DNA of 64,000 nt from Dicyema japonicum (GCA_011109175.1 RDEW01000001.1:2235485-2299484), one strand, 5' to 3'. Positions 13,485 to 27,800 are shown, numbered from the stretch's first letter. Notes: generated by a model not told the origin, from the letters alone. Numbers and translations are program-made.

Positions 13485-13800
13485 TTTTTATTTATTTAGA
13501 ACCCCGGGATCATAAAGAAAAACAGAAAAAATCAGACAGTCAGGTAATCCCAGTTCCCGCAATCAATCGAGCCATCCAACGTCCGTGGTATTTCATTCTT
13601 CTCACTACCGTACGAAAGAGCCTTCTCTCATCCCTCCAGAGGAATCCGATTGGGGAAGGGAACTAACCAATCGACTTTCTTTTGTCTTGGAAAAGGACAG
13701 GCCAAGTGGGTTTCCATCCTCCCACAGACCCGAAGGATAAATTCCTAGTATTTCTATGATAGAAAAGCTGACTATTATTGACAGTAAGCTCAACAATCAA
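13485..13800 (-). mobile_element. 3' end fragment of APE-LINE related to the 48770-52170 family
   Basis: Ends ...WMARLIAGTGIT* followed by GATCCCGGGG and a (TAAA)n tail, as at 48770-48860; also shares EDGNPL/EDGHPL. Confidence 0.8.
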
Positions 13801-14099
13801 CTTGTACATCTGTCTATAGACTCCTTTACTGATAATCCTGTTGATTAATACGGATTTATTCCTCTCAATAGCTAATTCAATATTTGCGTAATCATTATGG
13901 AAGAAAGATCATGCCTTGACATCTTCGATTTACAGATGAAATGACCTGAGTCATAATATAAGTGGAATCAACATTACTACATAATTGGCCAGCAGATACA
14001 AAATGACGTAAGCTAGTTAAAATTTGTATAAATTTATTCAATTACTAATAAATAAACCAATTTGTCCCTTAATTACATACTAACTCAATTTGAAATTAA

Positions 14100-17010
14100 C
14101 TTTAGCTTCATAACTTTCGTAGACAGAACCTTTCACGGAAATTAATGACCGTCAAAACATACGAGAACCCCCTTCACCAACTAACTTCTCCAGACATCAC
14201 GCTTTGTTCTCCCGGCCTGGCGGTAATATCGACTTGGTCAGTTACTTAAAACTCAAGAAGTGACCATAATGCAGAGTTGTTAGATTTAAATCATTTGATT
14301 TTGATCAACAAAAAAATCATTTAAATTTTTTTAATGTTGGAAGAAAGCGTGATGCCTTGTGGGTTCACTTCGATAAACGTATTATTCCTGGAAAGATCGG
14401 GACTCGAGCCAGATGTCGTAATTGCTGGAAGGAGGTACAAGGTCTCGGATGAGGCAGCATCATTTGTTATGTCGAACTAATATTGATATTCCTGAAAATC
14501 CGTCGAAACCTGAAAGTGATTTGATCAGCGAATTCCTCCCAAGAATGAGGGACCAGTCTTTAAACAATTTCGTTACTGCGACGACGTCATCGAAGAAAAA
14601 TTTTATTGATATGCAACTCGCTAGATACATATATTCCAGTAACACTCCTTTTGCTGCTGTAGAACATCCGGAATTTGTCAAATTCGTCCAAATGCTTCTT
14701 CTTGGGTATCGTTGAACCCCTCGTCATCAAATTGGTGGTCCATTGCTCGATCGTATGTATGACCAAATACATGAAGACTCTCTGCAAAGACTCCAGGACA
14801 AAACAGTGTCTATGATGTTGGACGGGTGGAGCAACATTCATAATGAACCTGTTATTTGTGTGTCAGTTGTAACATCGGATGGAAATTGACACTGTGGACA
14901 CCTCTGGATATAGCCACACCGCGGAGTATCTTCAATCTATTGCTTTAGCCTCTGCAAAGTCCGCAACGGTTTGGATGTAAAATCGGGAGTCTTGTAACGG
15001 ACAATGCTGCCAACATGACTAAAATGAGGCGGATAATGATGCAAGATGACGATGAAATTATACATATGGTTACTCGGCACATTATCTCAACCTTCTCTCA
15101 AAGGATGTCGAAGTAGCTGACGTTAAAGAAACCATCGTAAGAATAAATAAATACTTTCGAAACGTCAATCTTCCAGCGGCATGGTACAAATCTGCTGGGA
15201 GAAAAAAACTTGTTCTTTCGATTGATGTTCGCTGGAACACTTTATCAGACTGTTTTCAATCCTATCTGGATAATTGGTCTATAATTTTGAGAATTTGTGA
15301 GGAACACAGATCGAATATTGGAGATTGCTTCCAAAGTACAAAATATTTGCCTAAAACGACGCGTTGAAAAATATTTGAGGCTGATTAAACCAATTGCTGT
15401 CGTTTTAGACAAAATTCAAAATGATTCTACGACGATTAGTCATGCTGTAGAATTTTGGAAACTTGAACAGACTTATATTGACTATGAATGTACGACTATT
15501 TTAGAAAAAGTGAAAACTCGAGCAGATCAACATTAACACCTTTCCACTTACTTGCGAATCTAATGGACCCAAAATGTTGTGGGAAATCTCTTTCAACTGT
15601 AGAGATTGACCTCGCTTTGGAGTATTGTGCTGAACATTATGAATATGCTCTCCCGACTCTGATTAATTTCAGAGCAAAAGCTGATTTATTCAAACTATAC
15701 ATATTCGCTCCGAATTTATTGAGCAAAGTATCACCTATAGCTTGGTGGGAGTAGAACTCTTACCAGTTACCTTCTGAAGTAATTTTACTCTGCAAAAAAA
15801 TTCTTGGAGCAGTTGCTTCCATAGGTAAAATAGAACGAATTTTTTCGACTTTTGGATTCTTACATCAAATGTACGAAATAGGCTGGGAATTGAAAAAGCT
15901 GCCAAACTTGTCTTTGTTTACAAGCTTTTAAATAATAAATACGATTTCGATTTTTTTTATTTTACTTTGTTTCCGAATAAAAATCATCTAATTCAAAAAA
16001 TCTGATTTAAATAAAAAATCCTGTTTAAATCAAAAAAATCAGATTTTTTCGATTTTTTTCCTAAAAATCATGATTTTTAACAACCCTGCCATAATGCGAC
16101 CCTTTAGTAGATCAAGAGAGAAACGTAAACTAGGAGGAGGTCCCCAGAACAATTCAACTACAAACGCGCAGACTGGAAACTTTACCGTACACATACTGAC
16201 AACCTACTGCAGTACCTGGATGGCATTACTTTCATGGACAAAATAGTCGCTTATGTAAACCACACTATCTTGGATGCGAGATCACTATCTGTACTTAAAC
16301 ACCACCTTTACTACACCAGGGGATATGGCAGGTCGGCATTAACCAAGGAAAGAAGCGAACTCAAAAAGTCTGGCAGATTAACTACTGAGGATAAGTTTAG
16401 GCTGAAGGCTTTGAACTAAAAAACAGGGAGGTAAAAGCACAAATATCTAGATGGAAGCATGTGTTCTCCTCGTTGAATAGAAATAGACCCACTACTGAAA
16501 TTTGGAAGACCATCCGAGACTCCTCAAGAAAGCATGAAAGATCGTCCGAGGAGGATCACAGCCAAAAGGACTTAAACAACCTAATAAAATACTATGTGAA
16601 AATGTCCCATAATAGAGATCATAAGTCGGATGTATCCCCGAAATATCTCAGTAAACCGAAAAAGGAACCGGATACGATTCACTTCACTGAAAACGACGTG
16701 AGATATGCATTGAAGCCATTAAAACAACCTATTCTAACGGACCGGATAAAATCCCAATGATCCTCGTAAAGAATCTGGGAGCCTATGGAATCGGTGCATT
16801 AACGAGGATATTCAACCACTCTATTAACAAAAATTATATTCCATCCTTGCCCACCTACATCCAATTTGGAAACCCGGTAAAGTGAAAAGGGACCCAGCTT
16901 CATACAGATCGGTCGCGTTATTGTGTTCGGTGTCGAAAATTCTGGAAAGGCTGGTTCTTGCGAAAATCACAAATTTCCTACCAGACTGCCCAGCGCAAAC
17001 AGCCATAACT
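14100..17010 (+). mobile_element. Degenerate APE-RT LINE interrupted by a hAT insertion
   Basis: SPDITLCSPGL...SDHN (APE) before 14272. The sequence resumes after 16089 and runs to GPDKIPMILVKNLG...PASYRSVALLCSVSKILERLVL (RT N-terminus). Confidence 0.75.
14272..16088 (+). mobile_element. hAT DNA transposon (BED finger/DUF659-type), structurally complete, transposase decayed
   Basis: TIRs CAGAGTTGTTA / CAGGGTTGTTA. Perfect 8-bp TSD CCATAATG at 14264-14271 and 16089-16096. Transposase motifs MLDGWSN, VTDNAANM, DVRWNT, ERIFSTF. Subterminal AAAAATC/GATTT repeats. Confidence 0.93.
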
Positions 17011-17599
17011 AATTAATCCAAGGAGAACATTGCTTTTGCCAACCAAATCCATCTTACAATAGTACATTACAGGCTTCCGAAGAGAGGTGGAGAGGTAGGT
17101 CCGCTCTCTTCCATTTTCGTAGCACTTTTTACCGTAGCGGAGATCACTTCATTCTTCGGTGGAATAGTTTTCATAATGTAATCTTCACCAGAGGATTTGG
17201 TCAACAGGATGGTAGAAAGATCCCTTTCAACAACTGTGTCGAACCAGAAGGACTAGTCTCCTCACGGGTGGGATCTGTTTGACAAGAATTGACCTTCGCT
17301 GAAAAATCCATCTTCGAATTCACGACCTTCAGATCCGATGTCATCAAACGTTGCGTTTATCCAGAAGGCACTCTCCCCAAATGGGATTGAATTGTCTTCA
17401 AGAACTGAGAATATTTGTTAAAACAGCAAAATTAACTTTAGAAGAATATCTTATTAATTTCTTGGAACCTCGTATTCATTTGTTCACCCACAGTCCTTTT
17501 ATGTGAAGGAGACCGGTGGTTAACAGAAAACTACCTAGAACCTACTTTGATCAGTTAGATGCACTCACGTGCCGCAAAAATCGAAAACAAACAATAAAA

Positions 17600-18200
17600 A
17601 GGGGCGACTCGTCTTAAGGCTGTCTAGAAGACAAAAGTGGTATAATGACGAAAAGGATCGCCAGATTATGTTCGCAAGTCTTGTATAACATTATATTAAC
17701 ATCAATATCTGGGGGTAGAAAAGCATCGCTAACAAGAATTGAATATTTGTTGATTTAAGCAAAAAGTTATATGACTACATACTACTTTCACGAGAATCAT
17801 TTGCTGAGGTGAAAATATTTCGAATGCTTGTGAGTATTCCAAATCAATTCATCATAATCGGGAGAAAATTGAAAACAATGGCCGATCGAAAACCTGCAAG
17901 GGAGCTAAATAAAAGAAATTTGTAGGAAATATAAAAAGAAAGACGACACAAGCAAAACCCTACCTATGAGACTAGCGGGAGTGCTTTTAATTAATAACTG
18001 AATCTCGCAAATCAAATATTGGTTATTCCTCAGAACAACAACATGGAAAAATGTTTACACCTACATATCTGCCGTCAATATGGAATAAAAAAATCTAAGA
18101 AACTGAAAACCCATTCAGTACAATCTGTTGTTGCAAATAAATTTGTGGAGATTCGTGTGGACACGACAATCAGTACGGATACCGCACAGATTTTGATAAT
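17600..18200 (+). mobile_element. R4/Dong-like RLE retrotransposon C-terminal remnant
   Basis: KCLHLHICRQYGIKKSKKLKTHSVQSVVANKFVEIRVDTTISTD resembles the post-CCHC/RLE region of this group. Confidence 0.55.
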
Positions 18201-18679
18201 TAATGTAAGTACAGTCGACCTCGTTTAAGAAAATTCAAACTGCTGAGAAAACCTCTTTTTTGAGAAAACCTCGATTTTGGAGATATTTTATCATTTTAAT
18301 AATGAATTTTTTTAGTAGTAAACCCCAAATGGGGAAAATTAGTAACGAAATATTAATATTCAATCTTGTAAATGATGCCACAATTCTTAATATTTAAATT
18401 TTTATATGAAGGGGTATGACCAGGAAGTTAAATCCAAATGGAAAACTATAATATGTATAAATATGCATTTATTACCTCTACAAGATTCAAATTAAGCTAA
18501 ATTATAACCGGCTTTATATATCTACTGAAAAATCCTCTTCGTCCTTATTTACTTCAGACAAACGACTTGGACAAATGACAATGGATATATTTATCAACCA
18601 AACAAAAATACCTTTCACGAAGAAACTGAAAATCTTGGTGATCACCTTCGACACACAGAGCCCTTTTTTATCTCACGTC

Positions 18680-19313
18680 GACGGCAAAATCTTCGTTTTC
18701 CTTCTTCTAGTAAGTACTGAAATGATGGACTCAGGAGATGAAAACTCGACCTGATGAACAAAGGGAGGAGTGTAATACATGAAATATGGGGATTCAAAAC
18801 CCGTCCGAAAAAATTTAAAAAGAAGAGAATCAACGAGGTTTCGATTTTCTAATTTATTAGTTACCTCCTTAAGCGCTATCTCCTCGGCAATATCAACGAA
18901 ACAGACTGAAATGGAGACTACACTAAAATGTGTGAACAATGATAATAGAATATACTTGAGTGTAAAATTATATTGAATTGTCAGTGGTGGCGATATTTTT
19001 GTTTATAAATTAATGTAGCGTATAAAATTACAATATGAGAATTATGACCACTGAAATGCTCAACATGGATAAACCAGAGTATGTCAATCAGAGAGTAATT
19101 GACGAAATTGTAGAGGTTTTATGGTATTTGGCCAGAGACTTTGATAAAACAATGTTAGAGGAGGTTATGATTTTGTACATTTTAGAAAACTCGCAACAAA
19201 AGAAACAAAGAAATGATAATATTTGTGATTCTTTTTGTTATTTACTTATTCTTCTCAGGTTATATAATTTTTTAATTTTGTTTTTCTTAAATTTGACAGA
19301 TTGCTCTTTATAA
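18680..19313 (+). pseudogene. Spliced gene fragment ending in a basic + hydrophobic tail (possible tail-anchored protein), disrupted
   Basis: Several tiny GT-AG intron candidates (e.g. GTTATGATTTTGTACATTTTAG near 19164-19185). The spliced end reads KTRNKRNKEMIIFVILFVIYLFFS. An RT fragment lies just upstream. Confidence 0.3.
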
Positions 19314-20147
19314 ATTATCTTTATTTTTAATAAAAAACATGATTCTGTTTAATTAAGTGAATGAAAAGGCGAATCATATGACTATTTTCTTAAATTGTAA
19401 GCGAAACTTGCTCGAAAAGCCAGCGGCGCTAAGGAAGATCGTCTGACTCGCAAGTCGATTAGAAAATTCCAGCGTCGGATTTTGACAAAATTACTCATTT
19501 TCTGTTAGTCGTTATTTTTAAGCACAAAAGTTACGATTGAGATGAGAATAATATGAGAAATGCGATATTAGCCTAAAAGATTGAGATGAGAATAATATGA
19601 GAAATGCGAGTTAATAAATAATATTTTATTGTTAATAAATTTTTGATTTAAAAAAAAGAAAAAAAATCCTAAAAGATTATATTCTTGTGGTGACGTATGT
19701 GTTTGTTTCTACTGAACCATGTGAAACGAGCTATTTACAAAGGAACCCGGTAGAGAAACCATCAATAACATACACATAATGGTCCATGGCTGTGTAGAAC
19801 ACAACAATTTGTTATACAACCTCCTAATCTTGCGTCACAGTAGAATTGTCGTTCAACTGTAAAATCGAATGTCATCAGACGTTCAGCCAAAAGGCTTAAA
19901 ATTCTAGTAAATAACGAAAAAACTCGTCATAAAATTAAAGACTAACTTATGTTTTTTTCATAAATTTATTTCTTTAAAATAAATCCCCCAAACAATGATG
20001 CTCCCTACCCCTGGGAAGTTCGTGCGCTTCTTAAAAAATTATATGAACAAAATCTGTTTCATCGATGTGTCCTCATGTCTTTAGACGACCACAAGACAGG
20101 CCATTTCTTCTATTGTAATCCTTCGATTTTTATGCCAATACATCCTA

Positions 20148-20439
20148 TGGCGCAGTGTGACGGTTGCCGGGCAAGAGGTCTGAAGGTCGCTAGTTCGAAT
20201 CACGCATCAATATGCTTTTGCTTGACGAGTGACTCCGTCATCAGTGAACTTCACTGCGAAACCGGATTGTCTATAAAGGACTTACACCCAAGAAAAAGAA
20301 AACAAGGAAGTGAAGATCATTCCTTGATCCTCCCTTGATTAGATATTATTTATGTTCTTTGCATAAAATAAAGTGTGTGTGTTACCTGTGGGGAGCTATG
20401 ACTGATATGGCTCCTCGGAAAGTGCGAATATTATTATTA
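20148..20439 (+). mobile_element. tRNA-derived SINE
   Basis: A-box TGGCGCAGTG (20148), B-box GTTCGAATC (20193) and a (TAT)n tail. Flanking direct repeat AATACATCCTATG at 20137-20149 and 20440-20452. The body is similar to the minus-strand copies at about 47965-48137 and 58723-58895. Confidence 0.8.
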
Positions 20440-21573
20440 AATACATCCTATGATCTCAAAGAGCATACATTTTCGGTTTTCATGTGGGTCATCTGCCCGT
20501 GGATGGAACTGAATACATTTATATCAACAGGACCAAACTATCTTTTTTTAATCAAACTTCTTAATATTTTGATTGCTAGAGGCTACGAGACGAGCACAAA
20601 ACTACAAGGAAGAGCATTTTGGAAGCTACTTTTCTGTTAGCAACCGTTCTTCTCATTAAAAATAGCGAAATAGCTATTTCAACAGAGGCAGAATTGCAGT
20701 AAAACTTCTAAGATTTGAACAGACAGATGATGGGAGACTTATTCGAATATTGTAGTATTCCCAAAATCCCAGTCATTTGAAGTTTTTTTGGAAATATATC
20801 TATTGACTTTACAAAGATCTGTTTTGAAATGACCTTGTAGTAGATCCAAAATGCTTCTTCCATTAATAATCTAAAGTCTGTCAGCCCAAATAATTAGCTG
20901 CAATAGTAAATTGATTTTTTGCCTAAAATAATTTTTAATCCTTAGTTTATTTATAATAATTCTGTTGCATCTAAATTCTGGAACAATCCAAACTATTTCA
21001 GGAAGATCCAAATATTAATATTTTGCTGCGGTTAGCCAACTACCCCTTCTCGTGACAACCTCGTCAGGTGGTCCAATTATAGGAAAGAATTATTTTTTTC
21101 TTTTGTTTTGTACAATCGAGACCTTTATTACCGATATTAATCCGTCAACATCTCCATAATGTGATTTATCTTTAAAGCACAATTGTGCAATAAATACACA
21201 TTTCACAATAAAAAAATAAACCAAAAGTCAAAATTAAACTATTTAAAATTGATTGGCTGTATTAATTTATTCTCTTTCGTTTTGAGCCATTCCTTAGCTC
21301 TCTAACTCCAATCTCTTGGTCACCATCACCTATCTGATCTTCACTCCAGCATTGCTGTTCCATGGGCACGGTTCCGTCATCCTCAACTTGTTGTAGAGAC
21401 TTTCGATGTAGGAAAATGCATGACCTCACTAAACATCACTCTTTTGAAAGTTCATCCCATGTCGGTGCTCCACTAACATTCTTTCAAGAGTTTTCTTTAA
21501 CACAATAGATTGAATATATGCCCTCGGAATTATATCCAGAAAATAGATTACCATAAGCAGAATTAATTCACTA

Positions 21574-24424
21574 CAGTAGTGACACATTTATAAAAAATTA
21601 TATGGGACGGGACAAAATGTATAAATGGGACACTTTAACCAATTTATTAACAATTGTCAATATTTGCATTTTTTGTAGTAAATTTAAATAAATTATTTAA
21701 CAATTTTAAATATATTGCTAATATATGGGACAATTTTTAAAGAATTAAATCAATATTTTTTGTTATTATGTCGCGAGCGCTACTTGCAACTATGCGCTAC
21801 CTGCAATATCGATTTTTTGAATTTTTTGAATTTTTTTTGAATCTATGAAAATTGTTCTTTTGGATTAAAATTCTAATTTTTTAGTAATATAAAATATTAA
21901 TTTTAATGTATAAATTAATATAAACTATTAATTCTAATTTGAATTGTTTGTCACGCTTGTCCACGTTGTTGTGGTGCTTCGTTTGTGCTAATGCTTAGTC
22001 CATATTATTTTTGTATTGTCTTACATTTTCTTCATTAATATATTAGTGGATTCATCAAATAGAGTTGAAAGGCTGTTATCAAAATGTCTAATATATATTT
22101 TGTATTTTGGTATCCTTTAAATATGGATTATTCTTCACTATTTGATTTGTCCCTATTTATATTCTCTCCTCTATATTTCTCTCCAGACTATTTGCTTTTC
22201 AAGAGTCTTCCTTGTTTTTTATCAGATTGTTTATAATGTGGTATTCTTTTGAATAACAGTTTTATCATGCGGATTCCAATATTACCATTCCAGTAGGAGA
22301 TTGCTTTGACTTAATAAAAACGATATTTATATTTCATTCAGAGCACTTCCACGAATTCTTGTGATATTGTCTGTACGAAAACTTCTGACCTGCCCCTTCT
22401 GACTTGTGAGACATGTCTTTTTGCCAGAAGTCTTAAGGAATATGAAGAAAATCATATAATAGCAACTCGGCCCAATGAGAGAGTTCAAATAGATTTAATC
22501 GATCTTAAAAGGTATAAATTTTTTATATTCTTTAGGTTTAGCGAGCATAATGATGGTTATTCGTGGCTTTTAACGGCTATTGATATTTATTCAAAATATG
22601 CTGTTACAAAAGCTTAAAGAAAAAAAGTGATATTTATTCAAAAAGAAAGATTCAATCAGATAATCACTCGAACTTTGTCGAAGATGTTGTTTGATGATCC
22701 AAATAAATGTTGGAAAACAGATTAAAAAAGCTGTCCAATTGTATAATCTTAGTTATCATAGTTCAACAGGTTATATGGCCTTATATATAAATTATGTGAC
22801 AATCCGTTTCGTGGATGTTCATTGCTCAAAATACTCATTCGAGAAAGGAGATGAGGTTAGCTAATTACATTGACAATATAGGTTTGCGTAAAAAAAGACC
22901 ATGGGACAAATCCCTCTCTAAAGTTAGGGAAATTTGAATTTCCCTACAGTGAAAAAGTGAAAGTCGTAGATATATTGTCTAACAAGCGAATGACACTTCA
23001 ATCAAATGAGGGACATAGCGAGATCTTCCACACGAGTCGCGTTAAAAAGCTTAAAAAGAAGTGACTTACCTTTTCTTATAAATAAAATATTTTTTTTGAA
23101 TTTTTTGTCTTAACTGAGTACAATCGTATAACCCGGAATTTTTAATAGTTTAAAATATTGAAAAATGAAGAGTTTTATCGATGAAATTAATTTTTAAATT
23201 ATTTATAATGCTTATCAGTATTATTAATAGTAAGATAATTTAAGAATTTAAAAAATAAATTCAATTTTATATTTTTTAAAGCATAACATAAATCTATATA
23301 TAATTTTAGTTTCATGTTTTTTTGAGTAAAACTGGTTTCTTTAAAATGGTTCGACTTGTGAGTGTCTTAATACTACTCGTTTAATTTCGAGCAAAAAAAA
23401 TCGATATTGCAAGTAGCGCATAGTTGCAAGTAGCGCTCGCGACATATTAACCTTATGACGTCAAACAAGAGAAATGAACTTGATTTTAATACCAAAAACA
23501 AGATTGCTGAGGAATCATAGAACAAAAAAGTTCTTATAGAGTAATTCCCCAACGATATGGAACTAACAAACAGTCGTGGGAAGAATAGCTAAGAATTTAG
23601 ACGAAATATACAAATTTCGATAACGGCGATAATAACAGGCGAATATACAAATCCGGACAAAATATATTCCAAGATTTGGTTCTTTGAACGAATATTTGAT
23701 TGGGGCCATTTCAAAATTAAGATCGCTGATGTGGCTCTCAGCTATTTTAACATTAAAGTTCTCGCACTTAAACATTATGATAATTCACTCAAGGGTGGAA
23801 AACAGTGGTTTTCATCATTCAAATGTCATAATATGAAATATAAACGGTCATATGGAGAAGCTGCAAGTGCTGAATCTGCATCATATTTGCAGAATCATTT
23901 TGTCTAAATCGTGTCTATTCTCCAGAAAATATTTATAACTGTGATGAGACATGCATTTATTTGAGAGGGCAACACAGCTATTCGTATGTACTACAGTCAT
24001 CAAATGCAATGAAAAAAGACAGTGAAAAAATTAGAACATTGTTTTGTTGTTCAATGAATGAGAATTTTGCAATCCATTATTTATTGGTAAAAATCCTCGG
24101 TGCTTTAAGCAATATGATTTTAAAGCAAACATTATTAAATATGTTGCAAATAAGACAGCTTGGTTAACGAAAGAATTATTAAAGTAATTAAAAGTAAATA
24201 CAAAGCTCAACTTTCTTAAAAATTTGGTGTATGAATACGATAGTGATCTATTTGTTCATTTGATGAGGTTTGAATCCAAATTAAATAAAGCTTCAATTAA
24301 TAAAGGAAAAAGTGATATTAGAGTATATTTGAAATAAATTTGTTGATTAAAAAAATTTAAATATTACATGGGTCGATTGTTTAAACATACCCCTTTTTTG
24401 TCCCATATAAACGTGTCACCACTG
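21574..24424 (+). mobile_element. pogo/Tigger (Tc1-mariner) DNA transposon remnant
   Basis: TIRs CAGTAGTGACACATTTATA / CAGTGGTGACACGTTTATA flanked by TA on both sides. Transposase remnants GEAASA, ENIYNCDET, LFCCSM and ANKTAWL. Confidence 0.88.
21769..23444 (+). mobile_element. Ginger-like integrase DNA transposon nested in the pogo element
   Basis: About 50-bp near-perfect TIRs starting TGTCGCGAGCGCTACTTGCAAC. 5-bp TSD TATTA (21764-21768, 23445-23449). rve-type remnant RPNERVQIDLIDLK|RFSEHNDGYSWLLTAIDIYSKYA and IQSDN. Confidence 0.85.
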
Positions 24425-26299
24425 TATATAGATCGTCTTGGAAAGGCAGCATTCCCCATAAGGAAATTATGTATGTAAAAATATCTGATTTTCTCATTCC
24501 ATTTACCGACGCTAGGATCAATGAGGTCACTAGTGCTCACTCGAATATGATTTTCATTAAAGTATTGGATATCGTTTTCTATGCAAAAAACCAAAAAATA
24601 ATTCTGGTCAGAATGAGGAGTTGTCTTGAAGTTGTTAAAAATTATTGTAAATTTTTAAAGTAAAAAATAACTATAATTTTTTATAAAAATAGAATTTTAA
24701 TCAAAATATGCTTGGAAGTAATCTATTAAAAATAAAATACTGAGCAATTTATCAACTATATAATGTCAATATTGGATTATGAATCGATAAGGATGACAGG
24801 AAAAACCTTCTTCACTGTTAAAGACGCAGAATATTCAAAATTGTATTTCAGTAACGATTTATGCGGGATTAAGAAGTATCTGGAATCTATATTTTCTGTT
24901 AATAAATTTTTTATTACAAAAATAGAAAAAACAACATACTTCTTGATGCACATACGACTATTTGAAAAAATCTCATTCCACATTATTATTAAAGGTTATT
25001 ATTATTGTAAAATTATTATCTTAAGACCGAAATGTAACCTGAAAACGTTTTGAATTACAGTATTCTATATTTTAATAAAGTTCTTGATTAGTTTTTTTCA
25101 TATTTGAAAAAAAATTTTCTATAAAAAATTGTAATAAGGTCAAAATTTTGAGATTTTAAAGTCAAAAAAGTCAATTTTAGGTCAAAATTTCGAATTTATG
25201 AGTCAAATAAAAATCGCCCTAATTATTACCTAATGATTTTCCTCAAAAGTTCACATCATAGCTTTTTATTTAAGAACAAATTCCAGAGTTAGTTTTTGTC
25301 CAATTTAAAAAGGAACTTTCTAGCTTAGCAGAAAACAACGAGAAAGAATTAATAGTAAACTGACTAGTTAGGTGATCCCGGTTTCCCTTATCACGCTTGC
25401 CATATTCATCATTTATTGACCTTACTAGAAAATACACATAACCACTATCGCAGAATTTACCAACGGCGCCGTTACACCTACGGACTGTGACATATTTATT
25501 ACTGAAACGAGTGAATTAACTAATTAAGCGAATTTTAATCCAGATTTTTAGTAATCCCTTTCTTCTTAGAAGAAGAGTATGCCATAAACTTCCTGTTATT
25601 CCCCATCTCCACATCAGATTTAAAAATAACAAAATGAAAGAGCCTACTTTTGACTTGGAGCCACCAAAGGCTCGCGATCCAGGTTTTGCCGACCCCTGGT
25701 ATAGACCACAAATATGGAATGACTTCCTTGGACGATTCCCAGAAAACTCACAACCTAAGGGGAACGAATGAAGCAGTATCGTCGTGCCAAGGGGCAAAGA
25801 GGAGAAGAATTAGTTGAAGGGGAAAAGTCACTTAGTTCATTTATTTCTGAAAGTTTTTTGATAATTCAAATGATTCAAAGTCAACTGAGACCAATTATTA
25901 ACAATTAACAAAAGTGATAATTAACTATTATTTTCACTCGCTTTGGATTTTTTAATCGGTTTGAATGAACTTTCTTAATAGACCAGTATATTTGACTGAC
26001 AAAATTGTTAGACAGTTTCTCGACAATAGTACCTGGACCCCTATACGGATATTCAAAAGGATTTGTCACATAATATTTTTGAATACGAACCTTTAAGTAA
26101 TTAAAAATAGAATAAAATATCTCCCAACACCTAGCTTATATTTTGATCTATGCACTCCCATCTTACTATTCATTCTTCTATAATACGAAGACTGCGAATT
26201 AACACCCTCAAAGTTAAACTGGAACTCATCATCCTTACCTGCAAACAGTACTTCTGATTTTCAAATCATGAAAAAATTCATATAGCATCTTCTCACTTA

Positions 26300-27800
26300 G
26301 AAAAGAGATTGAGCGTAGTCCTCTCCCAAAATAATTCCTTGTTAAATAAAGTCTCTGATTGCATGCAGGTTTGAGATGGACTCAATGTTTAATCAATATG
26401 GTGCGAATAGCTGAGTCAATCAACTTGTATTCAAAGGGTTCCACATTAACGAGTCCAATATAATAGTTATAACTCAGAGCATGCTCGTTAATAATCTTAA
26501 ACAAATTCAATGCTCGTTTACTTGCAAAGAAATTATTTTTAACATTTTTGGCTTTTGAATTTTTTCTGGGAGGACCTTCCAATACACAAGGTATTTATAT
26601 CCATCCATTCCCTCTATCAACAACAAGACATTTGTAGCGGACTTTTCTAGATTTCTTTCCATCCTCACAGCACTGAAGTACAAATTAACATCTTCCATCA
26701 TCTTGACAATAACATCTTCACTAGTCGAAGTAAGTTTTAAATCGTCAATAAATAGAAGATGATTAGTTGAGAATGACGAGACAGACTGATCATCATATAA
26801 AACGGAGACTTTTGATGCTTTTTTGACGTCAATCCATGCAGCATATAATCCACCTCCAATTATTTTATTAAGTGATTTATTGACATTTCTTCCTTGTTCC
26901 CATCTGGTTTTCAGAAAAAGGCCAAACTCTTCCACATAATCCGCTAGCTTGGCATTGATACACTTTGTCATTAGTTTATAATGACGACATGCATGTAATA
27001 GGGCGTAGGTCCTTTGGCAATTGTGGCGCTTCAAATATTGGGATCAAGTATGTAATTCCAGTAAAAAACCAGTTTCCAGGGACGTACTCTCCGTTTACAA
27101 TCCTAAGTACTTCGGTATAAATTCATGCAGCGAGGTAAATTTCTTAAGAAAGAAATTGTAGACCCTGTCGCAACCTCGACATTTTTTTCTCAATGACTTT
27201 AATTTTATCTTGGATAAGAGACGTAATTCTGGCCCTTTCTCAGATTGTTTCTTCCTGTATCCAATTAGAGACAAAGCATGACACGCCATAGACTTCTCGT
27301 CAGTAGAAAGAGGCATCGTAAAAATTTTTTAATAAAAACCAAAATGTAATTTCCATTGATCAATTTTTTAGTCACATCGTCCTTCCATTTTTAGGGCTCA
27401 AATTTCTTTGTGGTGAATTTGGTAGGCAGTTTGTCTTGCATAAATAATAGAGGAAATTTGATAATTGATGTTGAGTGATTAACTTTAATCCAAGCATTAA
27501 TAACACGATTCAGGCATTCGAGAATATCCACATCAACTTTTACACATTAATAACACGATTCAGGCATTCGAGAATATCCACATCGTCTAGAACGCGTGCT
27601 TTCAATAACTGAGGCAGTCCATTGTTCTCGACAATCAGCTATTGAGAAAAACATCATTGCTCGTAAAACCGGAAATTTTGTGTTGTTTTGCTAAGGACAA
27701 ATTCTAGAAGCATCCTCGTCGTTAACATGTCGGACGAGCTTGGCGGCCCTTCGACTTGGGTTATCTTTACTCAATTCTGCACAGAAATTTAGATGTTTCT
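26300..27800 (-). mobile_element. Degenerate, internally deleted R4/Dong-like RT retrotransposon
   Basis: WFFTGITYLIP, AWIDVKKA, TNHLLFIDDLKL and YKYL motifs in and around ORF 26507-27034. Confidence 0.75.

Noticed and set aside
20148-20205. Possible tRNA gene
   Set aside because: No complete cloverleaf or acceptor stem; TSD and tail indicate a SINE.
20221-20275. TTGACGAG...GCGAAAC resembling a hammerhead ribozyme core
   Set aside because: The core is TTGA rather than CTGA, and flanking stems I/III could not be formed convincingly; it lies in the SINE body.
27495-27584. 40-bp direct repeat with 50-bp period (similar 31-bp repeat at 19535-19609)
   Set aside because: Only two units each, no spacer series and no cas genes; local tandem duplications, not CRISPR.
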